From the NCBI GenBank assembly GCA_963666485.2, contig CAXXUO010000003.1, forward strand, positions 352,001 through 416,000: DNA of 64,000 bases, written 5' to 3'. Positions 29,423 to 38,876 of this stretch are shown one piece after another. Each line of letters opens with the position of its first letter. Position 1 is the first letter of the stretch. This DNA comes from Syntrophorhabdaceae bacterium. GTDB taxonomy: Bacteria; Desulfobacterota; Syntrophorhabdia; Syntrophorhabdales; Syntrophorhabdaceae. Under the pieces are notes generated by a model. The model did not search any database. It saw nothing but the letters and a program-made list of their open reading frames with translations, and was not told the DNA's origin. The position numbers and the translations under genes were made by a program.

Positions 29423-30548
29423 TTTCTCTTACCGCCTCGACGAACGCGTCTATGTCCGCCTCGCCTGTAAAATACCCCGGGGATGCCCGCAGGGCGCCTT
29501 CGGGAAACGTCCCGATAGCCTGGTGGGCCACGGGCGAGCAATGAAGCCCGATCCTGACGTACATGGACCTGCGGTTGAGCTCATACCCGGCATCCGAGGG
29601 GAGCCTGCCCTTTATGTTGAAGGCCACAACGGCCAGATATGCTCCCTGATCATCTCCCCGGTGGCCATAAACATCGACGCGGGGGACCCCTCTCAGGCCG
29701 CTCGCCAACCGCGTGCCGAGCGACTTTTTCTTTTCTTCGATCGTAGCCAGGCCTTCTTTTTCGATGAATGTAAGGCCTCCAAGCAACGACGCTATCCCCG
29801 GTGTATTGGGCGTACCGCACTCATATTTATCGGGCAGGAACGAGGGATGTTCTATGGATTCGGACCGGCTGCCCGTACCCCCGAACTTGAGCGGAACGAG
29901 GTCAATGCCGTCCCGTACATACACTGCCCCGACTCCCTGGACCGCAAAGAGCGATTTGTGGCATGAAAAACAGAGAATGTCCGCTCCGGCCTCTTCCATA
30001 TTGACCGGGATCGACCCTATGGTCTGGCAGGCATCGACGATGAGGCGCGTCCTGCCAATGACCTTCCTTATTTCGGACAGGGGCTGCACGGCGCCGGTAA
30101 CGTTGGACCCGTGATTAATGACCACCGCTTTTGTCTCTGCGGTAACAGTCCTGCCGAGCTGCGCAAGATCGACAAATCCCTCGGTAGAGCACGGCACAGA
30201 ATCGTACGTAATTCCCCTGGTCTGACGGAGGAATTCAAGGGGCCTCATGACAGAATTGTGTTCCATTGAGGTAGTTACGACATGATCGCCCGGTCCGAGA
30301 AGGCCGAGGAGCGCCATGTTCAGCGATTCTGTCCCGTTCTGGGTAAAGAGCAGGCGCTCTGAATTCTTCATCCCGATAAAAGACGTCAGCTTTTCACGCG
30401 TCTCGAATATAATGCGCGCGGCTTCGAGCGACAGGGTATGTCCGCTGCGCCCGGGGTTACCGCCCACGTGTGAGACAAATTTATTCAGGTGTTCTATCGT
30501 TTCGGGGGGCTTGGGAAAAGATGTTGCAGCATTGTCAAGATATATCAT
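29409..30548 (-). CDS. Cysteine desulfurase family (class V PLP) protein
   Basis: YLDNAATS, EHNSV, CHKSL, GGTGSRS and GLHC motifs. Confidence 0.92.
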   Translation of the reverse strand: MIYLDNAATSFPKPPETIEHLNKFVSHVGGNPGRSGHTLSLEAARIIFETREKLTSFIGMKNSERLLFTQNGTESLNMALLGLLGPGDHVVTTSMEHNSVMRPLEFLRQTRGITYDSVPCSTEGFVDLAQLGRTVTAETKAVVINHGSNVTGAVQPLSEIRKVIGRTRLIVDACQTIGSIPVNMEEAGADILCFSCHKSLFAVQGVGAVYVRDGIDLVPLKFGGTGSRSESIEHPSFLPDKYECGTPNTPGIASLLGGLTFIEKEGLATIEEKKKSLGTRLASGLRGVPRVDVYGHRGDDQGAYLAVVAFNIKGRLPSDAGYELNRRSMYVRIGLHCSPVAHQAIGTFPEGALRASPGYFTGEADIDAFVEAVREIAGT

Positions 30549-30577
30549 GGTTGGTTTTGCCCCGTGTGCCTTGAGCT

Positions 30578-31156
30578 TTAAGGCCTGATCACATTGGTTG
30601 CTTCATTGAACGAGGTCATGATTTCAAACATATTGCTGACACGGCCGACCCCGATCCTGTCCTTGAGATGAAAGTAATCCAGGCACGTGCCGCATGCAAT
30701 GATCTCGATACCCAGGTCCTCGATATCTTTTAGAATGTTCAGATATTCGGAATCCAGAGCGACCAGCTTTACGCCGGAGTTGATAAAGATCAGTCTCCAC
30801 GGGCGGACCTCAAGGTCTTTGATCGTGTTGAGAAATGCCCGCATCAGGATTCGGCCCAACTCCTCGCTTCCCCGGCCCATGAACTCCCCATCGATATAGA
30901 CAAGCGACCTGTGTATCCCCTTTTCGGTGACGCGCACTGCGTCCTCATCCAGGCTGCCCTCTATCCTGTACGTGCCGTTATCCTCCACGACGGACGTGGA
31001 ATACCCTTTCGATGCGAGAAACCGGCGTACGTTTTCACTTGCGGCGGGATCATCGACAAGGACCTCGATCGCAGCGACCGCCTTGCTCTCGATAAGGTTC
31101 CTCGTTTCGATGACCGGCACGGGACAGGTCATACCCTTCAGGTCCAGTTTTTCCAT
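30578..31156 (-). CDS. yedF: YedF/SirA-DsrE selenium metabolism protein
   Basis: N-terminal TusA-like CPVPV; GRGSEELG, CGTCLDY and VGRVSNM. Confidence 0.88.
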   Translation of the reverse strand: MEKLDLKGMTCPVPVIETRNLIESKAVAAIEVLVDDPAASENVRRFLASKGYSTSVVEDNGTYRIEGSLDEDAVRVTEKGIHRSLVYIDGEFMGRGSEELGRILMRAFLNTIKDLEVRPWRLIFINSGVKLVALDSEYLNILKDIEDLGIEIIACGTCLDYFHLKDRIGVGRVSNMFEIMTSFNEATNVIRP

Positions 31157-31254
31157 CAGTTTATTCTAATGGAAAAACCGGTCAAGGGCAAGTGAATATA
31201 TTGCATAGAATTAATTACAGTAATAGAAAACTTCTTTTATAGACCATCGACCTT

Positions 31255-32037
31255 TTACTTCGAGGTCTTCAAGAGGTCTGTCAGGTCCGCGCCCGGGATG
31301 TATTTCCGGTATATCCTCTCAAACGTCCCGTCTTTCTTAAGATCGTCGAGGATGGACTGCCATTTCCTGACGGTTTCTGCAGGCGTCCCGCGGGACATCG
31401 CAATGTAAAAATACGTATTGCTCACCGTAAAAACGGGTTCAATGTTATCCATGGTATACCCGGCGTTCCTGACGATCTCGGGAACGGTGATATCGGTGAA
31501 GATGGAAACCTGGGCGCTTCCGTCCATAAGCTGCCTTACATTAGCCGCGGGCAAAGGAGAACTCACGAGGTTCGTGAAGCCCCGGCCTTTGAGGTACTGT
31601 TCCGTAAACCAGTCTTTCGTCGTGGCTATCGCTTTGAGCTTCTTCGCGTCATCGAGAGTCGCCAGTTTGATGCCCGAACCTTTTTTGGCATAGAGGATGG
31701 CGCTGTTCTTCCCGACAGGTCCGACCCACTGGAACAACTCTTCCCGCTTCTGTGTCCGTTCGGTACTGAAAAGCACCACGTTGGGGTTCTTGAGGGCCGT
31801 ATTATAAGCCTCATCCCAGGGCACGAGCCGGATCGTGTCCGATACTTTTTGCCGCGCCATGATCTCCCGGACGATATCCGTGACGAAGCCGGACACTGTA
31901 CCGTCCTTCATGTATGTTACGGGAGGATATTCTTCCGTCAGTATCGTGAGCCGGGATGCGTCATCGGCCCCGGCCACTGAAGTCCCCGCGAAAATTACCA
32001 GAGCAACGAACAGAAATAACCGGCTGATGTGTTTCAT
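31255..32037 (-). CDS. Periplasmic substrate-binding protein (family 3)
   Basis: Signal peptide, TEEYPP, PW, RTQKRE and DGTFERIY motifs; no permease adjacent. Confidence 0.85.
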   Translation of the reverse strand: MKHISRLFLFVALVIFAGTSVAGADDASRLTILTEEYPPVTYMKDGTVSGFVTDIVREIMARQKVSDTIRLVPWDEAYNTALKNPNVVLFSTERTQKREELFQWVGPVGKNSAILYAKKGSGIKLATLDDAKKLKAIATTKDWFTEQYLKGRGFTNLVSSPLPAANVRQLMDGSAQVSIFTDITVPEIVRNAGYTMDNIEPVFTVSNTYFYIAMSRGTPAETVRKWQSILDDLKKDGTFERIYRKYIPGADLTDLLKTSK

Positions 32038-32193
32038 AAGGCCCCTCCATGAGATTATTGCGCATTGTCGAACGACGTCAATTTATATCAGGAGCGTCCC
32101 GGTGTGTCAATCGAAAGATGGCACCCGAGAGCCCTATTGAATCACGGTCTATGAAATGGTACTTTATTAACGACAAAAAAATGTGAGGTCTGT

Positions 32194-33522
32194 ATGAGCG
32201 GTGTTTTCGGATTTATTGGAAGAGGCAATGCGCCCGCCGAGGTAATGACGGGACTGCAGAACCTTTCACACAGGGGCCAGGAAAGCTGGGGGATCGTTTC
32301 AAGCATGCGCGGCGGCCAGTTCGTTGAATACCGTCAGCTCGGTTCGGTCTTTCAATCCGTCTTCCCGAGCAGGCTCAATTACGGGATGACCGCCATCGGC
32401 CACGTCCGCTACCCGACCACCGGCGAAACGACGGAAAGAAACAGCCAGCCCATCGTCGGGAGCTTCAAAAAGGAACGCATCGCCGTAACACACAACGGCC
32501 ACATTCCAAGGTACCGCCAGATGATGGAGGAATTCGGGAGCCTCTTCCAGACCGATATCGATACCGAGCTCATCCTTCACATGATCGCACGCTCTCCCGG
32601 TTCGGACATGTTCGAAAAGATCGAGAATACATTGAGCATCCTGGGAGATCAATCTGCTTTCAGCTTGATCATTCTGCACAACGGGAATCTCATCGCCGCC
32701 CGCGATCCCTTTGGTTTCAGGCCGCTTTCCATAGCGCGCCGCGGGGATGAGGACGACTGCGCATGGGCCATCGCCTCGGAAACGTGCGCATTTCACGGCG
32801 ACCTCGAATGGATCGGGGACGTCGAGCCGGGACAGATGTCCATCTTTGACGGGGACAACGTCACGACGCGGTCGTTTGCTCGGCCCAACCCCCATCCCTG
32901 TATTGTTGAGTGCCTTGACTTCGCATCGCCCGCAAGCACCGTATTCTCCACGAACTGTTATGACTTCAGGGAAAAGATAGGGCAGAAACTTGCCCAGCTC
33001 GAAACCGAGACGGCGGATGTCGTCGTGCCTATTCCGCGCGCCGCCATACCGGCCGCGTCAGGCTTTCACCATGCCACGGGAATAGGTTTCAAAATGGCCA
33101 TAGTCGCCATCGGGGAGATCGGAAGGATCTTTGTCATATCAACGGAAAAGGACAGGTACAGCCAGGCGGAAAGAAAGTTCCAGATCAATGGTGAGCTCCT
33201 CAAGGGGAAAGAGGTCTTTCTTATCGATTCTCTTCTCGTCCGCGGTTCGACGGCCCTCGTCCTGATCCCGAAATTACGGGAGGCAGGCGCCACCAAGATA
33301 CACCTGCGCCTGACAGCGCCACCGCCGCGCTTCCCCTGCCTCATGGGAATGGCGATGGCGAAACCGGGCGAACTGCTTGCGAAGAACCGGACCGACGAAC
33401 AACTGAAGAACCTCCTCGGGGTTGACAGCTTCCGGTACCTGTCGACAACGGATATCAAGGATGTCGCAGGTACGCGGTTCTGCGACGCCTGTTTTACGGG
33501 CAATTACCCCTTTTCCGTCTAG
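32194..33522 (+). CDS. Amidophosphoribosyltransferase (PurF) paralog with degenerate active sites
   Basis: HRGQE, GHVRY, HNG, RDPFGFRPL and CDACFTG are present, but the N-terminus is MSG (not MCG) and the PRPP loop is DSLLVRGST. Confidence 0.85.
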   Translation: MSGVFGFIGRGNAPAEVMTGLQNLSHRGQESWGIVSSMRGGQFVEYRQLGSVFQSVFPSRLNYGMTAIGHVRYPTTGETTERNSQPIVGSFKKERIAVTHNGHIPRYRQMMEEFGSLFQTDIDTELILHMIARSPGSDMFEKIENTLSILGDQSAFSLIILHNGNLIAARDPFGFRPLSIARRGDEDDCAWAIASETCAFHGDLEWIGDVEPGQMSIFDGDNVTTRSFARPNPHPCIVECLDFASPASTVFSTNCYDFREKIGQKLAQLETETADVVVPIPRAAIPAASGFHHATGIGFKMAIVAIGEIGRIFVISTEKDRYSQAERKFQINGELLKGKEVFLIDSLLVRGSTALVLIPKLREAGATKIHLRLTAPPPRFPCLMGMAMAKPGELLAKNRTDEQLKNLLGVDSFRYLSTTDIKDVAGTRFCDACFTGNYPFSV

Positions 33523-33707
33523 AGTATTTCCCGGAACTATCATCGACACGTCGAGCGTACCGATACCCCGGTTTCGTTAATTACAATATTGTACAAACAG
33601 GGAAGTATCCTTCCAATATGTAACATAATTGTTCGATCTCGTTATTTGCCGGGCCGGGCCATATCGTAACTGTCCATCAAAAAAAGGTGAGCGTCCCTAC
33701 CCCTCGG

Positions 33708-33781
33708 CGTCATTCCGAACAAGGCGGGAATCCATAATAAAAACCAAACTTTGGATCAAGGTGTGGCGCACCGGGATGACG
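33708..33781. repeat. REP-like palindromic element (CGTCATTCCG...CGGGATGACG)
   Basis: CGTCATTCCGAACAAGGCGGGAATCCA ... TGGATC ... CGGGATGACG nested inverted repeats. Confidence 0.65.
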
Positions 33782-33830
33782 ACTCATGAATTGGTGCCTG
33801 CACCCGGTGATTTCAACTGCTTACCACGAT

Positions 33831-33846
33831 TGGCACGATGGTTGCT
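33831..33846 (+). promoter_or_regulatory. Sigma54 (-24/-12) promoter
   Basis: TGGCAC-GATGG-TTGCT, about 45 bp before the outer membrane protein gene. Confidence 0.85.
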
Positions 33847-33891
33847 CTATCAGGGCACGTGTGACACGAATTCTATGCCCGGAGGGATCAT

Positions 33892-34743
33892 ATGGAAATT
33901 GTTCGAATCTTCTTCATGATCATTGCAGCACTCGCATTACTTCCGTCCTTTTATGCCGCCGCCGAGGAAGCAAAGGCCCCCGAACCTTCCCCGGTGACAG
34001 GAAGCGCATCTCTGGGCGTATACAACCAGTACATATTTCGCGGCTACGAGATCGGCAAGAGCGGCCTCGTCATTCAGCCCTCACTGTCCGCATCATATAA
34101 AGGTTTTACCATGACCTTATGGGGAAACCTGGACACCAACCAACGCGACACGAAAACCGCGACGTTCAACAAGCAATATCAGAAGGGTTGGGACGAGACG
34201 GATTTTACGTTCAGTTATACATATACCCTGAACAAGCTTTCGCTGACGGGAGGTTACATATACTATGGGACGAGATATGCGGACGAAACGCAGGAATTAT
34301 TCATAACGGGTACGTATGACATCATTTCAAAGCCGACCCTTTCCATCTACCAGGACATCGACAGTTATAAAGGGACATACATCAACCTGTCATTCTCACA
34401 TTCGATCCCGTTCAATAAAACAGTTGCCCTCGACCTCGGCGCGTCATTTGGTTATTTCATCGGCGAAAGTAATTACTGGAGGACGTTCCAGCCGTCAACC
34501 GGCATGTATTCCGGTGCGAAATACCAGGGTTTTCACGACGGCATGCTGAAGGCCGGCCTTTCCATTGCCGTAACGAAAGCATTCCTGATCCAGCCTACCG
34601 TCCAATACTGGTTCCCGCTGACAGGGAATGCAGGCAAGGAGTACTCTACACCCCTGGGAGCGGATATAAAAGACTCATACAACCCCAATGGTCCCGTAAA
34701 TAACAATTTTGTATACGGGGTTGGTTTTGTATTCAATTTTTGA
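33892..34743 (+). CDS. Outer membrane beta-barrel protein (Gcw_chp/TIGR02001-like)
   Basis: Signal peptide, NQYIFRG, ETDF, GGYIYY and terminal F. Confidence 0.75.
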   Translation: MEIVRIFFMIIAALALLPSFYAAAEEAKAPEPSPVTGSASLGVYNQYIFRGYEIGKSGLVIQPSLSASYKGFTMTLWGNLDTNQRDTKTATFNKQYQKGWDETDFTFSYTYTLNKLSLTGGYIYYGTRYADETQELFITGTYDIISKPTLSIYQDIDSYKGTYINLSFSHSIPFNKTVALDLGASFGYFIGESNYWRTFQPSTGMYSGAKYQGFHDGMLKAGLSIAVTKAFLIQPTVQYWFPLTGNAGKEYSTPLGADIKDSYNPNGPVNNNFVYGVGFVFNF

Positions 34744-34815
34744 ACGGGGAACGGTCCGGTTGTACATACACGATCTGTTCATTGCGTTTATGCGGGGGAA
34801 TGCTATAATAGCGTC

Positions 34816-35163
34816 ATGGTGTCATCGACAATGCCGGATATGCCCCTGTACACGTCACCCGCGACGGGAAAGAGCATGCGCAATGAATACAGTATTTACG
34901 CTGACCGGATAGTCCTCAGGTGCCGTTTCCCCTTTCTGAGCAAGACCTTTATGATCATGAAGGACGACATTGTCTCGATACAGACTGAAAAACCGTTCCA
35001 GGCCGTTCGCTGGACATTCAATGTCCTGAAGCTCGACCTCGCGGACCTTTTTGAGCACGTCGCGCTCGAAAGGAAAAATGGTTTTTTCAAATACCTGAGG
35101 TTCACCCCTCAGGACCCCGGCGAATTCGTCCGCATGGCGAAAGAGGTCCTCAGGGTCCCCTAG
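34816..35163 (+). CDS. Hypothetical protein (possible PH-like fold)
   Basis: Own TGnTATAAT promoter at about 34801; ends in LRFTPQDPGEF. Start uncertain. Confidence 0.6.
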   Translation: MVSSTMPDMPLYTSPATGKSMRNEYSIYADRIVLRCRFPFLSKTFMIMKDDIVSIQTEKPFQAVRWTFNVLKLDLADLFEHVALERKNGFFKYLRFTPQDPGEFVRMAKEVLRVP

Positions 35164-35300
35164 CCCGCCTCCCGCAAAATATTTGACATTTCCTGCATCG
35201 AATATGAAAATTATCTCGACGCGGTGTAATGCCGGGTACAGCGGGATTGAGCGATGCAGGGTATTTATCCCGCCATGTCACTTTCACTATTATGGCCACC

Positions 35301-36513
35301 ATGAAACTCCTATACGCAGCCTTCGACGCATATCCCGGATATAAAGGCGCCCAGGCGCACATACGGTCAAATTTGATGGCGGCGAAGGAGAACGGCTATA
35401 GTGCTACACTTTTGTGCCTCGGCGGTGAGGATATTTTTCAGGACCCGGAGACTGCCGCCGCCGTACATGCCTTCCCGGCGCCCGACGAGAATCTCCTCAA
35501 GCGCAGCGAGGCGTTCGGAAGGTTCATCCTGAGCAAGGCCGATGCGATGACCGCCGCTCCGCCCGACATCATCCATTTTCGTGATATCTGGAGCGGAATG
35601 CCCCTTCTCGGTCACAGCGTATCGAAAAAGGCCCGGACCGTCTATGAAGTGAACGGACTGCCGTCGGTTGAGCTGCCGGGCCGTTTCCCCCGCCTTGCCC
35701 GTAATTCGTCGCTTTTGCAGCGTTTAAGGGCCATGGAAGATGAATGTCTCACGCGGTCGGACCGGGTGGTCACTATAGCCTCCCGGACAGCCCGCTACCT
35801 TTCAGGCCGCGGATGCGACCCGTCCAAGATCAGTATTATCCCGAATTCCGCCCGCCCCCCTTCCCCTGACAGCCCGGCAGAAATGACGCCGGGGTTCCCC
35901 GGGGCCGCGTTATCCCGGGAAAAGAAAGTCGTGCTGTATACGGGCACGCTCGCCGCCTGGCAGGGGGTTCCGGCCCTCGTGGGTGCAGTGAACCTCCTCA
36001 GACACCGGGATGATCTCGTTCTTCTCATTATTGCTTCCAACAGGAGAAACATTACCCGCCTCAGGAAATACACAGCGCGGTGCGGTCTCGGGATATCGGA
36101 TGATCATTCATGACCGGCTGCCTCACGGGACGATCGCCTCTCTTTACAAACAGGCATATGCCTGCGTAGCGCCCCTTTCACGAGGTCCCCGAAATGAGCT
36201 GCAGGGCTGCTGCCCGGTCAAGATCGTTGAAGCGATGGCCAACGGGGTGCCCGTCATCGCCTCGGACCTGCCCGTTGTCCGCGAGATCGTCGATGACGGG
36301 GTCAATGGTATCCTGGCCGTGCCCGACTCACCGAGATCACTGGCAGACGCCCTGGAGCAGTTGTTGGATGACCCGTCCCTGCGTATGAGACTTTCGGCCC
36401 GCGCGTATGAGAAGGCCGGGCGTTTTTTTACGGCACGTTTATATTCAGAGCGGCTTGGAGCAGTTTACACATCGTTGCTGGGAGGTAATGGCAATGCCGT
36501 ATTCGATCGATAA
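35301..36513 (+). pseudogene. GT4 glycosyltransferase split by a +1 frameshift near 36090 (possibly a sequencing error)
   Basis: The N-half (IIHFRD, YEVNGLPS, YTGTLAAWQG) and C-half (CPVKIVEAMANGVPVIASD) lie in adjacent frames. Removing one G from GGG at 36090-36092 fuses them. Confidence 0.8.
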
Positions 36514-37363
36514 GGGAAAGGAATTGTACAGTGCCGGTAAGCTGCACGGACAATGGTCTGCGCAGGAGGTCCTCGATATGGCGGGCTCTCTCAAGGCCTT
36601 CAGGGACTCGCTGAAGCCGAAGCTGAAGAAAACGAGGCTGAGAATAGTTATTTTCATCATCAGTTCCGTGATCTTTGGGGTCCTTTCATTCGCATGGTCC
36701 TTTTTCTGGCTCATATTTCTCCTGGCAAGCATTGCCCTCGCCGTAATATTCATCGTAAAAGCCGTGAAATTCAACGACGACAGGTTTAACCCCGATGCAG
36801 AGTCTATTCTCACCCCTCTCTTTTCATGCATCGGTCCCGACCTTGCAAAAAATTCTTCCGTGACCTTGAGCGCATCCCTGCGGTCACCGTTCGATAAGGA
36901 GTTCCTGGTCAAGGAGGGCCAGAAGTACTCCACTTTTGCCTATCCGGAATGCATTGACAGGTTCTATAAGCGTCCGGTGCTCAATCTTGAGTGCAGGCTC
37001 CTTGACGGGACGCGGCTCCTGGCGGGAATTGTCGAGCACTCCATGGAAAAGGTGCTGAAAAAGAAGAACCCGCGCGGCAAGTGGAAAACGAAGAAGAAAT
37101 ACAGAAGGAAGCTCAGTATCAGGGTAAGAATACAACTCGACCGGACCCGGACGAGTCTCACGGGACAGTTCAAGCTTCCTTCTGAGGCCCTGGCGCGTGT
37201 CCGCCATTCACCGCGCGGAGACGTTATCCTGTTGTCGCTCAGGAGGGTCGTCAAGGATACCGCGCCGCTCAACGCGTCGGCCCTTCTCGACCTGATGGCA
37301 GGGGCATACAGGGCGGTTGCGCCTCAAACAGCTGAACAAACCCAACCCGGAGGTAACGTATGA
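36494..37363 (+). CDS. Two-TM membrane protein with Lys-rich C-terminal domain
   Basis: Hydrophobic hairpin followed by KKKNPRGKWKTKKKYRRK; GGAGG RBS; overlaps both neighbours. Confidence 0.8.
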   Translation: MPYSIDKGKELYSAGKLHGQWSAQEVLDMAGSLKAFRDSLKPKLKKTRLRIVIFIISSVIFGVLSFAWSFFWLIFLLASIALAVIFIVKAVKFNDDRFNPDAESILTPLFSCIGPDLAKNSSVTLSASLRSPFDKEFLVKEGQKYSTFAYPECIDRFYKRPVLNLECRLLDGTRLLAGIVEHSMEKVLKKKNPRGKWKTKKKYRRKLSIRVRIQLDRTRTSLTGQFKLPSEALARVRHSPRGDVILLSLRRVVKDTAPLNASALLDLMAGAYRAVAPQTAEQTQPGGNV

Positions 37364-37755
37364 GCCAGTGCGGACAAAGAATAGGGTTCCTCACATTCGC
37401 CATGTGCAGCGAGATGGCGACTGCTGCCTGTATGAGATGCGGAAAGCCCCTATGTGCCCTGCATATCCACACGACTTCCACGGGGGTCCTCTGCCCCGAT
37501 TGTGCTGTCGTCGGGTGGGATGACGACGAGGTATCGAGATACGGGTATTATTCCCCTTACTACAGGTCGCATACCGACACCTATGGCCCCCGGGATTACG
37601 ACACCTTTGAGGCCGGCGGGGGGGAAATGGGAGGCGGAGGCGCATCCGGTGATTGGGACAGTGCTGATGATAGCACCGCAGGCGGCAGCTGGGACAGCGA
37701 TTTTTCGGATACCGCGGGTATTGCCGCCGGCGCAGCTGCTTTTCAGGACAGTTGA
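37360..37755 (+). CDS. Small protein: B-box-like Zn finger plus acidic Gly-rich tail
   Basis: CMRCGKPLCALH...CPDC, then YGYYSPYY, GGGGASGDWDS, GGSWDS and terminal FQDS. GGAGG RBS; ATGA and TGATG coupling. Confidence 0.85.
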   Translation: MSQCGQRIGFLTFAMCSEMATAACMRCGKPLCALHIHTTSTGVLCPDCAVVGWDDDEVSRYGYYSPYYRSHTDTYGPRDYDTFEAGGGEMGGGGASGDWDSADDSTAGGSWDSDFSDTAGIAAGAAAFQDS

Positions 37756-38876
37756 TGGCGCGTATCACCTGGATAACGGAACAGTTCAGCCCGGGGGGCG
37801 GCGGTATGGCGGTCTCATCGAGGCGCCTTGTGAACAGCCTTCGTGACAGAGGCCATTCCCTGAATGTCCTTCACCTGATAAAGAAACGCGATAACGGCGG
37901 TAACGACGGCTTTATTTTCGAGGACCTCGATGGCACGTGGAGTGCGATCAATGCCCATGATGACCTGGAAAGGCTGTTCTTTCTCAAGCGCCGTGCCATG
38001 GAGGGATCCATTCTCGTCGGTTTTGGCGGCGGTATACCGGGTTACCTCGCAGCGCTTTGGGGAAAATGGCTTCAGGTCCCCGGCGTTGTCATGTTCCGCG
38101 GCAACGATCTCGACCGGTTGAGCCATGACCCGTCCCGCGGCTGGATGGTCAATTTCGCTATCGAGCGCTCGGACCTTGTGTGTGCCGTGGCCCGCGACAT
38201 GGCCTCGCGCATTGAAGGCATGTCGGGAAGGCCCGCTCTGTTCACCCCGGTCGGCATTATCCCCGGCACATGGAAGATCTTCCCGCCGGACGAGGATGCC
38301 GCCCGCCGGTTACGGGCAAAATACAGTCCCGACGGCCGCCCGCTTGTCGGGATCTTCGGGCATCTGAAATATAAAAAGGGATTGTCGGTTGTCGCTGATG
38401 TGTTCGAGAACTATGGTTTGGGCAGGCGTGCGAGACTGCTTGCCGTGGGAGAGATACCGGGAAACGAGGGGCCCATTTCCCACGCATCGTATCCGGATTT
38501 CATGTCCGTTCATCCTTTCGTTGACAGAGAGCACCTCGTCCCCTTCTATCTTGCATGCGATATAGTCTTTATCCCTTCGTTTTATGACGGTATGCCGAAC
38601 GTCCTGCTCGAGGCAATGATCTGCAGGCGCGTCGTCGTGGGAAGCCGTGCAGGGGGCATACCCGACGTCATCACCGACGGCAGCGACGGTTTTCTGTTCG
38701 ACGCGGGTGATAGTGTCGGCGCTGCCGAAGTCCTGTCCCGCGCTTTATCATTCTCCCCGGAGGCGCTGTCACGCATCGGAGATGAGGCTTACAAGACAGC
38801 ATCGACGCGGTTCACGGCCGCACATGAAGCCGATATCCTGGAATCGGCCCTCCTCGGCCTTATAAGTGGCCCCTGA
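37755..38876 (+). CDS. GT4 glycosyltransferase
   Basis: GGMAVS, RGNDLD, KKG and PSFYDGMPNVLLEAM motifs. Confidence 0.9.
   Translation: MARITWITEQFSPGGGGMAVSSRRLVNSLRDRGHSLNVLHLIKKRDNGGNDGFIFEDLDGTWSAINAHDDLERLFFLKRRAMEGSILVGFGGGIPGYLAALWGKWLQVPGVVMFRGNDLDRLSHDPSRGWMVNFAIERSDLVCAVARDMASRIEGMSGRPALFTPVGIIPGTWKIFPPDEDAARRLRAKYSPDGRPLVGIFGHLKYKKGLSVVADVFENYGLGRRARLLAVGEIPGNEGPISHASYPDFMSVHPFVDREHLVPFYLACDIVFIPSFYDGMPNVLLEAMICRRVVVGSRAGGIPDVITDGSDGFLFDAGDSVGAAEVLSRALSFSPEALSRIGDEAYKTASTRFTAAHEADILESALLGLISGP

Noticed and set aside
36085..36113. Programmed frameshift or selenocysteine readthrough in the GT gene
   Set aside because: No slippery heptamer is present, and the continuation is in a different frame, so TGA readthrough would not restore the protein.
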